Shown: positions 49,326 to 58,796, numbered from the stretch's first letter. The stretch is DNA of 64,000 nucleotides from an uncultured Planctomycetia bacterium (GCA_964629655.1 CAZVQU010000001.1:20788-84787); one strand, 5' to 3'. Notes: generated by a model not told the origin, from the sequence alone. Program-made: numbers and translations.

Positions 49326-52300
49326 CTTTTATTGCTCCTTTAAAGTAAGGATATTTTCCCGGTAACATCTTGTAAGTATTGGCTTTTTGATATTGAAGCA
49401 GCCTTGCATGATATAAATCGTCGGTATTTTCTATAATCGCCCGCAGATTCTCGTCCTCCGTATCATTCTGGAAACAAACTCCAGGCAAGATCTCTGCCTT
49501 AGCTACAATTTCTTTTGCCTTACCGTACCAGAATCTAAACGGCAAAATATCATATTCTTGAGTATACTCATTCAAAAAATTCCCGCAGCTGTCCTTAGAT
49601 ACTGTCCAATTTTCATATTGCGAACAAAGCATAATATTCGCTTGGCATATTTCTAAATCAAGCCGTTCATGAATTTCCATACCTACCTGCCAAGAAATTA
49701 AATTTTTACCAACCATTTCGATATGCCAAATCTGAGAAAGAACGATGTGCGGCCAAAAACCCCTTACCGTCAGTTTATTATTTTCTTTCCGTTTTACTTC
49801 CCAAACAGCTTGATAAGAATCATACCAAATTCCTAAAGAGCGTACCGAAGTATATACCCCTAATCCGGAAGTTAGCTCTTCGGCTCCCTTCTTTAAAAAT
49901 ATACCTCCTTTGCCTTGGTTAAAAGCAAATTTCAAACAATTACTGTTTATCTCAACAGCACTACGCTTCCTTGTAAGCTTTCCTATTTTTGCTGTCTTAC
50001 CAACGATTATTTCACCTTCAAAGCAAGTATGTCTACCTAAAGAAATTATTTTCTTTTTTCTAGAAGCAATCGCTCCGGAATAAATACCAATACACTTAGA
50101 ACCTTTCTCTCTTCGTTTATAGATATTAAAAAATCTATTTTCGGAAGGCAATGTGCATCGCAACAATACACGGGGATTACGCTTAGTATCCTTAGATATA
50201 AGGATAATTCCCGGAATTCGATTGTCTTTCAGGCGTATCGGAGCAACATTATTTATATACCTGCTAGTTAAAAGATTTCCCTCCTCTTCCGAAGCCATCC
50301 ATCTTTGGTAACAATCCTTTAGCTCCAGCCTCACCCCTTCGTCAATAAACGATATCGGCCCATCAGATTTAATCTCCACTTTAACCCTTAAGGTATTTTC
50401 ATCGATATACTGGATGTCCCATATTTGGATAACGGAAACCTGAGGATAGGAGAGAGTTAAAATGAGCCGTTTCCCAGATACATTTTCTATTTTCCACTGG
50501 GCGTTAGACAGACCAAATCTCTCCTTGGAATTGTTAAACGAGTAATGCAAACCACAGGCATGAGTTAATTCCTTATTTTTAAAAAAAATCCGTAACGCCA
50601 TTGATTCCTCGTCGGCAAACAGCCGCAGATTCCCGCAAGCGATAGTCCTACTTAAAACGAACAACTCTTGTTCTTCCTGCTGTTTTCGACGGTATTGTTC
50701 CTTTTGTTCGATAAGGTAAGCGGCAATCGGATTTTCTTCTTTCCAGATGCTGATCGGGATTAAAAAAGAACTTTTTCTCTTCATAATATCTTCTTTAGAA
50801 ATACTTAGCTGCAAAGCACGGCACTGCCTCTGTCTATCGCTGTTTTGGATAATGCACTCGTGGCTCTCTCTGTTCTCCAAAATAATTGCCGGAAATTCAG
50901 ATTGCTCTCTTAAACCGCAAAGCTTTGCCTGCGGCTCGATTAACGACATATCCTGCCAACTATTAGAATATTGAGGAAAATTTCCTTGTTGGCAGCCGCA
51001 GAAAAAACTTTTATACGCAGGATTAAAAAGTAAACCGAATTTAAATAGCCTGACCTCAAACGGTTGAGGAAATTGAGAGTCAACCTGCCATAAAAGCTTA
51101 TTGTCACTAAAAGAGATTTCCCATAGTTGTTTGAATTTTAAACAATCCCAAAAGAAAGATAAAATAAGAGTCTCCCCCTTCCTCTTCACCTGCCATTCAC
51201 AGGAAGATAAATCATACCAAACGTTATTAACAAAAAATGAACTATGCAGCCCTGCTTCCTGAGTAATCTCTTTGCCTTTGTAGTAAAGTCTTAAGGCCTT
51301 TTCGTTGATATCAGCAAAAAATTTAACATCTCCCGAATTAATAGTATGTTCAGCGCATAGACGATCCTGTTCTTTTTGCTGCCTTAGAAGAAATTTTTGT
51401 TTAGTCTCCCTGATGCACCCTAAAAACTCACACTCTTTAGGAAATATCTTAATAAAAACAGAGTTTTTAGCCTTTAAAGCTAAATCCCACTGGACAACAC
51501 GAGCTTCTTGTTCATACCCTGCGTTAAATAGTTTAAACAAACCATCCTTAGCTTTTTGTTCCAGAATAAGGCCAGGGTTAGGACGATCTTGATGATGCCA
51601 ATCTCCGGATAGGCCCACCATAGCATCAAAATAGCTGCTTAAACCTAAATCCTGCCAGTTAGACTTAGAAACAAAGGACGGAAAATCACTGCCTTTATCT
51701 AAAGTCTGCCACCTCGCATATTGAGGCATAAAAAACAAATCTACATGTGGCTGCTTTATGCCCTCTCCTCTTACTTCTGTTTGCCATTGTAAACAATTAT
51801 TTTCTAGCTGAAACATCCAGATTTGTGAAAAACTCCCATCATATGATTTTCCTTCAGCAACAATCCTGTCGGCTCCGAAACTCTCTACCTGCCAGAATAG
51901 ATTAAGAGAAGACGACCAACTATTAAGAGAAGGAATAAGAAAAGATACATAACCACCCATTGCCTTAGTGATAGGAAAACCTTTATAGCTAAGAACAACT
52001 TTGCCATTGTTAAATATTACCCTTAATCCTTCTTTCTCTAAAACCGCAATGCCCTTTTTGTCTCCAACGGTTTCTAGATAATACGGGACAACCTTTGTTG
52101 CTAAATCTTCCTGGACAATCCTGCCTTTCTCCAGGAGGATTAACTTATCACATAGCTTGCTTACGATATCCATATCATGGCTGACTAAAATAATGGTTTT
52201 CCCCATTTGCTTCAACTCAAATATCTTCTTAATACACTTCTCCTGCGCTTCCACATCACCTACAGCCAAAATATCGTCAATCAAAAGTATGTCCGGCTCA

Positions 52301-52755
52301 ACGAATATTGCTAAAGCAAAAGCAAGCCGCATGTACATACCCTGAGAATAGTATTTAATAGGTGCATCAATAAACTCACCCAAATCGGCGAACTTTATAA
52401 TATCGCCCATCCTTTGCTTTAGGTCAGTCTCGCTTAAGCCATAGATAGCAGCATTAAGGTTTATATTTTCTATTCCGGTAAACTCAAGGTTAAACCCCGC
52501 TCCCAGTTCCATTAAGGCCGATACTTTGCCTTTAATATGGACTTCCCCTTTATCGGGAATCAGCATTCCGGCTATCAGCTTTAACAAAGTTGTCTTACCG
52601 GCTCCATTTTTGCCAATAATGCCTATAATGTCGCCTTTCTCTACCTTGAAATTGATATTCTCCAGCGCCCAGACCTCTTCCCAGCAAACATTCTTCTGTT
52701 TGATAAACTTTATCCTGTATTTTTCCCAAACACCGTTAAAATTTATTACTTTCAT
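49315..52755 (-). CDS. wzt: Polysaccharide ABC exporter ATPase (Wzt) with ~900-aa C-terminal extension of four repeats
   Basis: GKNGAGKTT, YSQGMYMRLAF, ILLIDDILAVGD, VSHD; next to wzm. Confidence 0.9.
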   Translation of the reverse strand: MKVINFNGVWEKYRIKFIKQKNVCWEEVWALENINFKVEKGDIIGIIGKNGAGKTTLLKLIAGMLIPDKGEVHIKGKVSALMELGAGFNLEFTGIENINLNAAIYGLSETDLKQRMGDIIKFADLGEFIDAPIKYYSQGMYMRLAFALAIFVEPDILLIDDILAVGDVEAQEKCIKKIFELKQMGKTIILVSHDMDIVSKLCDKLILLEKGRIVQEDLATKVVPYYLETVGDKKGIAVLEKEGLRVIFNNGKVVLSYKGFPITKAMGGYVSFLIPSLNSWSSSLNLFWQVESFGADRIVAEGKSYDGSFSQIWMFQLENNCLQWQTEVRGEGIKQPHVDLFFMPQYARWQTLDKGSDFPSFVSKSNWQDLGLSSYFDAMVGLSGDWHHQDRPNPGLILEQKAKDGLFKLFNAGYEQEARVVQWDLALKAKNSVFIKIFPKECEFLGCIRETKQKFLLRQQKEQDRLCAEHTINSGDVKFFADINEKALRLYYKGKEITQEAGLHSSFFVNNVWYDLSSCEWQVKRKGETLILSFFWDCLKFKQLWEISFSDNKLLWQVDSQFPQPFEVRLFKFGLLFNPAYKSFFCGCQQGNFPQYSNSWQDMSLIEPQAKLCGLREQSEFPAIILENRESHECIIQNSDRQRQCRALQLSISKEDIMKRKSSFLIPISIWKEENPIAAYLIEQKEQYRRKQQEEQELFVLSRTIACGNLRLFADEESMALRIFFKNKELTHACGLHYSFNNSKERFGLSNAQWKIENVSGKRLILTLSYPQVSVIQIWDIQYIDENTLRVKVEIKSDGPISFIDEGVRLELKDCYQRWMASEEEGNLLTSRYINNVAPIRLKDNRIPGIILISKDTKRNPRVLLRCTLPSENRFFNIYKRREKGSKCIGIYSGAIASRKKKIISLGRHTCFEGEIIVGKTAKIGKLTRKRSAVEINSNCLKFAFNQGKGGIFLKKGAEELTSGLGVYTSVRSLGIWYDSYQAVWEVKRKENNKLTVRGFWPHIVLSQIWHIEMVGKNLISWQVGMEIHERLDLEICQANIMLCSQYENWTVSKDSCGNFLNEYTQEYDILPFRFWYGKAKEIVAKAEILPGVCFQNDTEDENLRAIIENTDDLYHARLLQYQKANTYKMLPGKYPYFKGAIKVEF

Positions 52756-53534
52756 AGCTTCTTAAATAATTCCGGTTCCCTCTTTATAAAAAACCAATAT
52801 CCTCCGACAAAAAAAACTACCGAGATTAAGGAGGCTAGGAGCATAAGCTGTAAAGTTGGAACAGATCCTTCATAGAGAATCTGTCGATATAACATGATAT
52901 AGTAAGTTAAGGGATTGAATAGACAGATCCAGCGATAGGGAAATTCTAACATCTGAAGAGAGTAAAATACCGGGGTAACCCAAAACCATAGCATTAAGCC
53001 AACGGATAAAAAATGCATCAAATCGTCAGAAAAGGCATTGAGGGCGGAGAAAATCATCCCTAAGCCCAGAAGAAAAACTAAATGTAAGATAAAAACTAAC
53101 ACAAGAATTGGTAAAACTTTAATCATCTGGGGATTGGCGATGAAGAAAAAAGGTAAAAGAAAAATGATTCCGATTATAAAACTCAAAGAATTCGCAAAAA
53201 CGCAAGACGCCGGAATAAATTCACGCGGGAATATACCTTGTTTTAATATTGCTGAATCGGCAGCAAAAGAGTTAGTTACTTCCATTACAGTATTGGAAAA
53301 AAATAACCAGGGAATAATTCCTGAAAGAACGAATAAAGTGAAATCAGGAATCTCAACCTTAAAAACATGGGTAAAAATAATATCAATGCTAAAAGCCAAA
53401 ATTAAAGGTGTGGCAACCGCCCACCAGAGGCCGAGCATCGCCCCGGAATACTTAGCCTTGAACTTCTTAGCCATCATCCCTTTAAGAATAGCTCTGGCCT
53501 GAAACGCTTTTATTATTCGTCCTTTAACAATCAT
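52752..53534 (-). CDS. wzm: Polysaccharide ABC exporter permease (Wzm)
   Basis: KAKYSGAMLGLWW, GIIPWLFF, FPRE, TPVFYS, NPLT. Confidence 0.92.
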   Translation of the reverse strand: MIVKGRIIKAFQARAILKGMMAKKFKAKYSGAMLGLWWAVATPLILAFSIDIIFTHVFKVEIPDFTLFVLSGIIPWLFFSNTVMEVTNSFAADSAILKQGIFPREFIPASCVFANSLSFIIGIIFLLPFFFIANPQMIKVLPILVLVFILHLVFLLGLGMIFSALNAFSDDLMHFLSVGLMLWFWVTPVFYSLQMLEFPYRWICLFNPLTYYIMLYRQILYEGSVPTLQLMLLASLISVVFFVGGYWFFIKREPELFKKL

Positions 53535-54820
53535 AATTTATTCTTAACAATCTTCTCTGCTTCAAGGATAACATCTTCCATTGACAGATAACGCCAGCTA
53601 CCGTACCGGCCGCACGAAATAATACTGTTTCTTGACAAAAAATTTAGTATCTTCCTGCGTACTGAAGTATAATTTTTGTTATAAACAGGATAGCCGTACT
53701 TTATATCGTTTACATTTTCACAACAAATCTCATTTCCATCTTTAATAACTCCGGTAGCAGTTAAGTATTCCCTGATTTGAGCACCAATTTCTCTCCTACG
53801 AAGGGGCCGATCTTTTGAATAGGAAATATCTACATACAACGACCCTCTCTTCCGAGGCACAAGGTGAGAAGAAAAATTATGAAAGAAACCTATTCTAAAA
53901 AAAGGAATATTCTTCTGCGAAAAATAAACCCAATGCCGGCCGGGCTGAATTCTTTTCTTCACTCCCAAATTAACATTGCAAATAGATATCCACCTCAATT
54001 CCTTAAAGTTACTCTTCATGCCTTTAGGTAGCGCTGTGATTATCTTGCCAAGTTCGGGTAAAGGAATAGTAGACACTAACTTGTCAAACTTCTCCTTTCT
54101 CCCGTCTTTAAAAGTCACCGCCTTTTTCTTCAAGTCAATCGCCACTGCCTGAGAGCATAAATGAATGTTGTCCAAGCCTGAGTAGAATCCTTTGATTAAC
54201 CCCTCGATTCCTCCTTTTCTTGGATACCAAAAAGAATTGTTATAGCCTAACGGCTCGCTCTTCTCTCTGTTTAACCTCTCTTTAATTTGCTTGAGAGTAG
54301 GAACAATTATAAACCTTTCTGCCCATTTATGGTTCAACTGGTCTAAAGGAATTTTCCATAATTTGGCATTGTAAGGAATCATAAAATTGCTGGCTATGCC
54401 TTTACCAAACTCATTATGAGTCCATTGCAGAAAATTACTGCTTCTTGAAGCTCGTTTCTTCGCCTCAATAAGCCCCTGCAAACATTGCTTAGCAACTCTT
54501 TTAGGCAGATAGTTAAAATTAACTTGAAATGGGTATGGTATAAATTTTTTAGAAGCATAAACGTAAGCCTTTCTTTTGTGTTTTGTCAAACCGCCGTTTA
54601 AAACTTCCTTTACTAAAGATAATGTATTTCTGTTTCTAAAATGCAAGAGGTGCCCGCTGGAATCAAATGTAAACCCTTGTCTTTCTGTCGAGCGGCACAA
54701 ACCGCCTGGTTTAATTTCTTTCTCGAAAATTTCAGCTTTTACTTTCCTTTCTCTTAAAAAGTATGCTAATGACAGACCTGACAAGCCTGCTCCGATAATT
54801 AAAACTGCTCTTTTTTTCAT
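53531..54820 (-). CDS. FAD-dependent oxidoreductase (UDP-galactopyranose mutase/HemY-like superfamily)
   Basis: IIGAGLSGL, GGLCRS..FD.SGH, PYNAKLW, FWYP..GG, GRYGSWRY.SME. Confidence 0.8.
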   Translation of the reverse strand: MKKRAVLIIGAGLSGLSLAYFLRERKVKAEIFEKEIKPGGLCRSTERQGFTFDSSGHLLHFRNRNTLSLVKEVLNGGLTKHKRKAYVYASKKFIPYPFQVNFNYLPKRVAKQCLQGLIEAKKRASRSSNFLQWTHNEFGKGIASNFMIPYNAKLWKIPLDQLNHKWAERFIIVPTLKQIKERLNREKSEPLGYNNSFWYPRKGGIEGLIKGFYSGLDNIHLCSQAVAIDLKKKAVTFKDGRKEKFDKLVSTIPLPELGKIITALPKGMKSNFKELRWISICNVNLGVKKRIQPGRHWVYFSQKNIPFFRIGFFHNFSSHLVPRKRGSLYVDISYSKDRPLRRREIGAQIREYLTATGVIKDGNEICCENVNDIKYGYPVYNKNYTSVRRKILNFLSRNSIISCGRYGSWRYLSMEDVILEAEKIVKNKL

Positions 54821-54932
54821 TATCTAAAAGGTGAATTTGTATAAATTATGCGATTGTGCGCCTTATGCGAACCCTGTTAAAGACCTTTGTTTTCTGGCAG
54901 GGTAAAGGAGCAAAATAAAAAGAATTAAAGCT

Positions 54933-55706
54933 CTAGCAAAGATGGGAGAGAACAATTCTTTTTACCTTATCATAAACAAAAGTATTAGAAGCAATATAGC
55001 CGATATCCTTGTAAGTTAGAAGCTCTCCTTTAAAATTAGTTAATTTTCCTCCAGCTTCCTCTATTATGCATACTCCTCCGGCAAAATCCCAAGGCCGATC
55101 ATGGAACTCTACGACAAAATCAAGCACCCCCTCGGCAAGATAAGACAGATGCCGGGCTGAAGAACCAAGCATTCTTACATTAAAAACCTCACTTGCCAAA
55201 TCTCCTAGAACTTTCAGCATAACCTTAGGCGAATACCTTATACTGGAATCAAAAGCAATCGAACAATCTGCTAGCTTGCTATTAGAAGAAACTTTGATTT
55301 TCTTATTATTTTTGTAGGCCCCTGCGCCCTTTTCACCCACATACAATTCATTTTCCTTAGGCATGTAAATTACTCCGCCAACAAACTTTTCCTTATGGAC
55401 TATACCTATAGAAACTCCAAAAATATCTATATTGCGCATAAAGTTATGTGTTCCATCAAGAGGGTCAATTATCCATAAATACTCTCTATCAGAATCACTG
55501 CTACCGCCTTCTTCAGCAATGATCCCATGATCAGGAAATTTTGTCCTAATCTTATCCAGAATCATCTCTTCAGCTTCCTTGTCAAGATTAGTTGCAAAAT
55601 TTCTGTCTCCCTTCTTTTGAATCTGGCGAACTTTTCCAAAATTATCCAATAAAAAACCACCGGCCTGCTTTGCTGCATCAATTGCTACATTTATGATTTC
55701 ACTCAT
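54933..55706 (-). CDS. Inositol monophosphatase family protein
   Basis: AEE, WIIDPLDGTHNF, PWDFAGG. Confidence 0.92.
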   Translation of the reverse strand: MSEIINVAIDAAKQAGGFLLDNFGKVRQIQKKGDRNFATNLDKEAEEMILDKIRTKFPDHGIIAEEGGSSDSDREYLWIIDPLDGTHNFMRNIDIFGVSIGIVHKEKFVGGVIYMPKENELYVGEKGAGAYKNNKKIKVSSNSKLADCSIAFDSSIRYSPKVMLKVLGDLASEVFNVRMLGSSARHLSYLAEGVLDFVVEFHDRPWDFAGGVCIIEEAGGKLTNFKGELLTYKDIGYIASNTFVYDKVKRIVLSHLC

Positions 55707-55782
55707 CTCGCTCTCCTGCTAATTAGATTTAGATACTTATTACGATGATTATATCACTAGAAGTTAAAAAAGCGACGCTTTA

Positions 55783-56241
55783 TTACCCTTTGCGGAATCT
55801 TTTTAAGGCTCTCTGGGTCTCTCTTTTAGTTATGTCATCCTTTAACTTCTTCCTTTTATCGAAAGTGTGTTTTCCCCGGGCCAAAGCAATCTCTACCTTA
55901 ACCCGGCCCCGCTCATTAAAATAAACCTTGGTTGGGATAAGGGTGAGGCCCCTCTGAACAGTGAGACCCACCAATTTCCTGATTTCTTTCTTGTGAAGGA
56001 GTAACCTCCTTATTCTATTTGGCTCAGGCCGAAAGAACGAACTCTTCTCGAATTCAGAAATGTGAGCATTGTACAAGAATAGCTCCTCCCGCTCTATCCG
56101 GGCAAAGCTATTATTCAAAACACAACCTCTTGTCCGCAATGACTTAACCTCATTGCCCTTAAGCTCTATACCAGCCTCGTAGGTTTCAAGAATTTGATAA
56201 TCACGCCTGGCCTTTCTGTTTGTAGCTACTATTTTACTCAT
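55783..56241 (-). CDS. smpB: SsrA-binding protein
   Basis: NRKARRDY, EAGIELKGNEVKSLR, RRLLLHKKEI, DKR. Confidence 0.97.
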   Translation of the reverse strand: MSKIVATNRKARRDYQILETYEAGIELKGNEVKSLRTRGCVLNNSFARIEREELFLYNAHISEFEKSSFFRPEPNRIRRLLLHKKEIRKLVGLTVQRGLTLIPTKVYFNERGRVKVEIALARGKHTFDKRKKLKDDITKRETQRALKRFRKG

Positions 56242-56242
56242 C

Positions 56243-57190
56243 TTAGAAAGTAACTCCTGATACTTTTAAATATAAGCCCAGCCATAGGGGAATAGTAAAT
56301 ATACTTAAGATATGGGTGAAAAATACCCCCTGGGAGACAAACTCAATATCAGCGCCATTTAAATTAGCTACAATCGGTAGCGAGACTGCTGAAGGCATAG
56401 CAGCCTGCAGGATTATGAATAACCCTAGTAATGAAAAAACCTTAAAACTCAACACACCTACAAAGAAAAACAACGGTAAAATTATCAACTTCAAACCTGC
56501 AGCTTCACCTATAAGAAACAATCTCCCAAGAAGCCCTTTTAGCCTCACCTTAGCTAACCAACAACCTAGAATTATTGCTGAAAGCACAAAGCTGGTCTCA
56601 CCAACCATCCTTAAAGGTGAAATGACTAAAGATGGGACCAGCTTAGCAAGCCCGGTGTAAATCAATATAAGGCTTATAGCTGTGCTAGTTATCGGAGGAA
56701 TAAAAAGGCTCTTTAATCGAAATTTTCTCCTATTGCCCCTAAAAATAAAGGAACTTCCTATTGACCACATAATAACATTAAAACCGAGAAGGTATAGAAA
56801 AGTGAAAACAAGGAATTTTTCCCGTATACCCGGAGGAAAGAGGAAAAAAGCGATGTTTATCGGCAAATACCCGCCATTCTGAAAACTTATCATACTAATA
56901 AACTCGCCTCTAAACTCATGGCTTCTCTTGAAAGAAGCAACAAATCCCAAGATATAACCGGATAGAAAAATACCTAAACTTATCGCGACAAACCTCCCCA
57001 AGGAATGCATTAATACTAGGGAAGAGTTTTTAATAAGATTGGAAAATATCAGAAATGGAAAGGCAATATTTATTACAAAAAAAGTCAAAAATTTTAGACT
57101 CCCCTCTCTGATGAAATTCTTCCGGTAAAGACAAAATCCCAAAAAAGCAACCGATGAAAGTTTTATAACCGCTAATGATACTGCTGCCAT
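56243..57190 (-). CDS. AEC (auxin efflux carrier) family transporter
   Basis: FQNGGYLP, LQAAMPSA; about 10 TM helices. Confidence 0.88.
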   Translation of the reverse strand: MAAVSLAVIKLSSVAFLGFCLYRKNFIREGSLKFLTFFVINIAFPFLIFSNLIKNSSLVLMHSLGRFVAISLGIFLSGYILGFVASFKRSHEFRGEFISMISFQNGGYLPINIAFFLFPPGIREKFLVFTFLYLLGFNVIMWSIGSSFIFRGNRRKFRLKSLFIPPITSTAISLILIYTGLAKLVPSLVISPLRMVGETSFVLSAIILGCWLAKVRLKGLLGRLFLIGEAAGLKLIILPLFFFVGVLSFKVFSLLGLFIILQAAMPSAVSLPIVANLNGADIEFVSQGVFFTHILSIFTIPLWLGLYLKVSGVTF

Positions 57191-57204
57191 AACACACCTT
57201 AATA

Positions 57205-57293
57205 AGGAGAGGGCGGGATTTGAACCCGCGTTCCGCCTAAACGGAAACCGGTTTTCGAGACCAGCGCCTTAAACCGGGCTCGGCCACCTCTCC
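57205..57293 (-). tRNA. tRNA-Ser(CGA)
   Basis: GGAGAGG acceptor stem, anticodon arm CTGGT-CTCGAAA-ACCGG, long variable arm, GGTTCAAATCC; CCA not encoded. Confidence 0.95.
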
Positions 57294-57298
57294 TGGTA

Positions 57299-57382
57299 TG
57301 CCGAAGGAGAGACTTGAACTCTCAAGAGCTTACGCTCACAGCGTCCTGAACGCTGCGTGTCTGCCAATTTCACCACTTCGGC
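57299..57382 (-). tRNA. tRNA-Leu(CAG)
   Basis: GCCGAAG acceptor stem, CAGCG-TTCAGGA-CGCTG, variable arm, GTTCAAGT, discriminator A. Confidence 0.95.
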
Positions 57383-57413
57383 TTATAAAAATTAATTATA
57401 CCAAAATTTATTG

Positions 57414-58190
57414 CTAATTGATATAGTCATCGACATCTAAGGGAAGCTGCAAAGCCTCTTTAATATGCCTTATTCTCTGGGCTGGATAGGGATGAGTCCT
57501 GAAGTAAGATAAGGGACGTATTGTTTTTTTGCTTTCTTTATAGAGTTTCTCCAAAACCTCTATCCCGGTGGTAGGATCAAACCCGGCAAGCTTGCAATAT
57601 TTAACTGCTAATTCATCAGCATTAAATTCATCCTCCCGGGAATACCCGACTAAAATCTGAATAAGAGCAAAAGAAAGGCCTCTTCGGAACTCCGAAGAAG
57701 TCCCCGAAGTAGCAGAAACCACAGTTAAAAGATTGTACCCCATAGCTGCCTGAAGACGTTTCATATGGTGCCGGCTTACGATATGGCCGGCTTCGTGAGC
57801 AAGGATAAAAGCCAGCTGATCATCACTATCTAAAATATCCAGCAACCCTCTAAATATATACGAATACCCGCCAGGAAGACTAAAAGCATTGACCTGCGAC
57901 TTACCATCTTGGTCTTCCTCGACTATATAAAAGTAATAGCTTAATTCCTTACGGTCTAGGACCGCTACGATTTTATTCGCTATTCGGTTAAGTCTCTGTA
58001 TATCATCAGGACTATTAGAAATCTTGAATTCCTGAGAAATCTTTTTAGCGATATTTCGGCCCATGGTAACTTCGCTCTCGCTGGAATAAAAATAGACATC
58101 TTGCTTGCCAGTACCAACATTATATTCCGTAGTGACACACCCGCTTACTAAAAGAATAAGGAATAAAGGGGAAAACAGAAAACGGTTCAT
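57414..58190 (-). CDS. M48 family zinc metalloprotease lipoprotein
   Basis: Lipobox VSGC, NAFSLPGG, HEAGH, YSREDEFNAD, THP. Confidence 0.92.
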   Translation of the reverse strand: MNRFLFSPLFLILLVSGCVTTEYNVGTGKQDVYFYSSESEVTMGRNIAKKISQEFKISNSPDDIQRLNRIANKIVAVLDRKELSYYFYIVEEDQDGKSQVNAFSLPGGYSYIFRGLLDILDSDDQLAFILAHEAGHIVSRHHMKRLQAAMGYNLLTVVSATSGTSSEFRRGLSFALIQILVGYSREDEFNADELAVKYCKLAGFDPTTGIEVLEKLYKESKKTIRPLSYFRTHPYPAQRIRHIKEALQLPLDVDDYIN

Positions 58191-58194
58191 TTAT

Positions 58195-58737
58195 TTAGAA
58201 TAGAAAGTCGGATTTAGCAAAAAGGGAGACGAGGGGGCAATTATAACGAGCGAGAGCTTCTCTTGCGCCCTCCTCTCTATCAATAACACTTACTGCCGCT
58301 ACTACCTGTATTCTTTCTTTCTTTAGAACCTCTATAGCTTTGATCAAAGAAGAACCGCTAGTAGCCACATCATCAACTATAACCACTCTCTCTCTGGAAG
58401 TTAAAACCTGTCCTTCAATCAATTTCTGACGGCCATGCTTCTTAGGCAACTTCCGGATAAGAAAACCCTTTAGTTTTTTCTTATTCTTATAGGCTAAGTA
58501 GCAGACCCCGCTAACAATAGGGTCAGCCCCTAAAGTAGGACCACCAATGGCAGTTATTTTCTTAAATTTTAGAAGGTTGAAGACAAGGTGTGAGATTAAA
58601 TATACGCCTTTGGGACTTAAGCTTACTTTTCTCACATCAATGTAAAAATTGCTGACTTTTCCTGAAGATAGCTTGATCCTTTTTCTCAAGACGGCATTTT
58701 TCCTAAGAAGGGTTAGTAGTTCTTTCTTCTTATCCAT
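58195..58737 (-). CDS. pyrE: Orotate phosphoribosyltransferase
   Basis: LSSGKVSNFYID, RK.PKKHG, VDDVATSGSS. Confidence 0.95.
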   Translation of the reverse strand: MDKKKELLTLLRKNAVLRKRIKLSSGKVSNFYIDVRKVSLSPKGVYLISHLVFNLLKFKKITAIGGPTLGADPIVSGVCYLAYKNKKKLKGFLIRKLPKKHGRQKLIEGQVLTSRERVVIVDDVATSGSSLIKAIEVLKKERIQVVAAVSVIDREEGAREALARYNCPLVSLFAKSDFLF

Positions 58738-58744
58738 ATCTAGG

Positions 58745-58796
58745 ATTATACTTTAAAAATAAATTTCTTGCAATGATTCCTTTTTCTGTATATAAT
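58745..58796. promoter_or_regulatory. Divergent sigma70 promoters sharing one palindromic -35 (TTGCAA)
   Basis: TTGCAA at 58768..58773 with TATAAT exactly 17 bp away on both strands (58791..58796 on +, 58745..58750 on -). Confidence 0.75.

Noticed and set aside
1485-54827. Many short plus-strand ORFs in the track (e.g. 25641..26096, 41814..42251, 53038..53502)
   Set aside because: All are antisense shadows of well-supported minus-strand genes, with no recognisable motifs.
54821-54932. ops/JUMPstart element or riboswitch upstream of the glycan operon
   Set aside because: No GGCGGTAG; only a short CCCTG/CAGGG complement, which is insufficient.
55707-55782. tmRNA next to smpB
   Set aside because: The gap is too short and has no tRNA-like ends; it contains only a TGnTATAAT promoter-like motif.
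57190-57420. tRNAs as an island integration site
   Set aside because: No integrase, transposase or duplicated tRNA 3' end is seen in the window.
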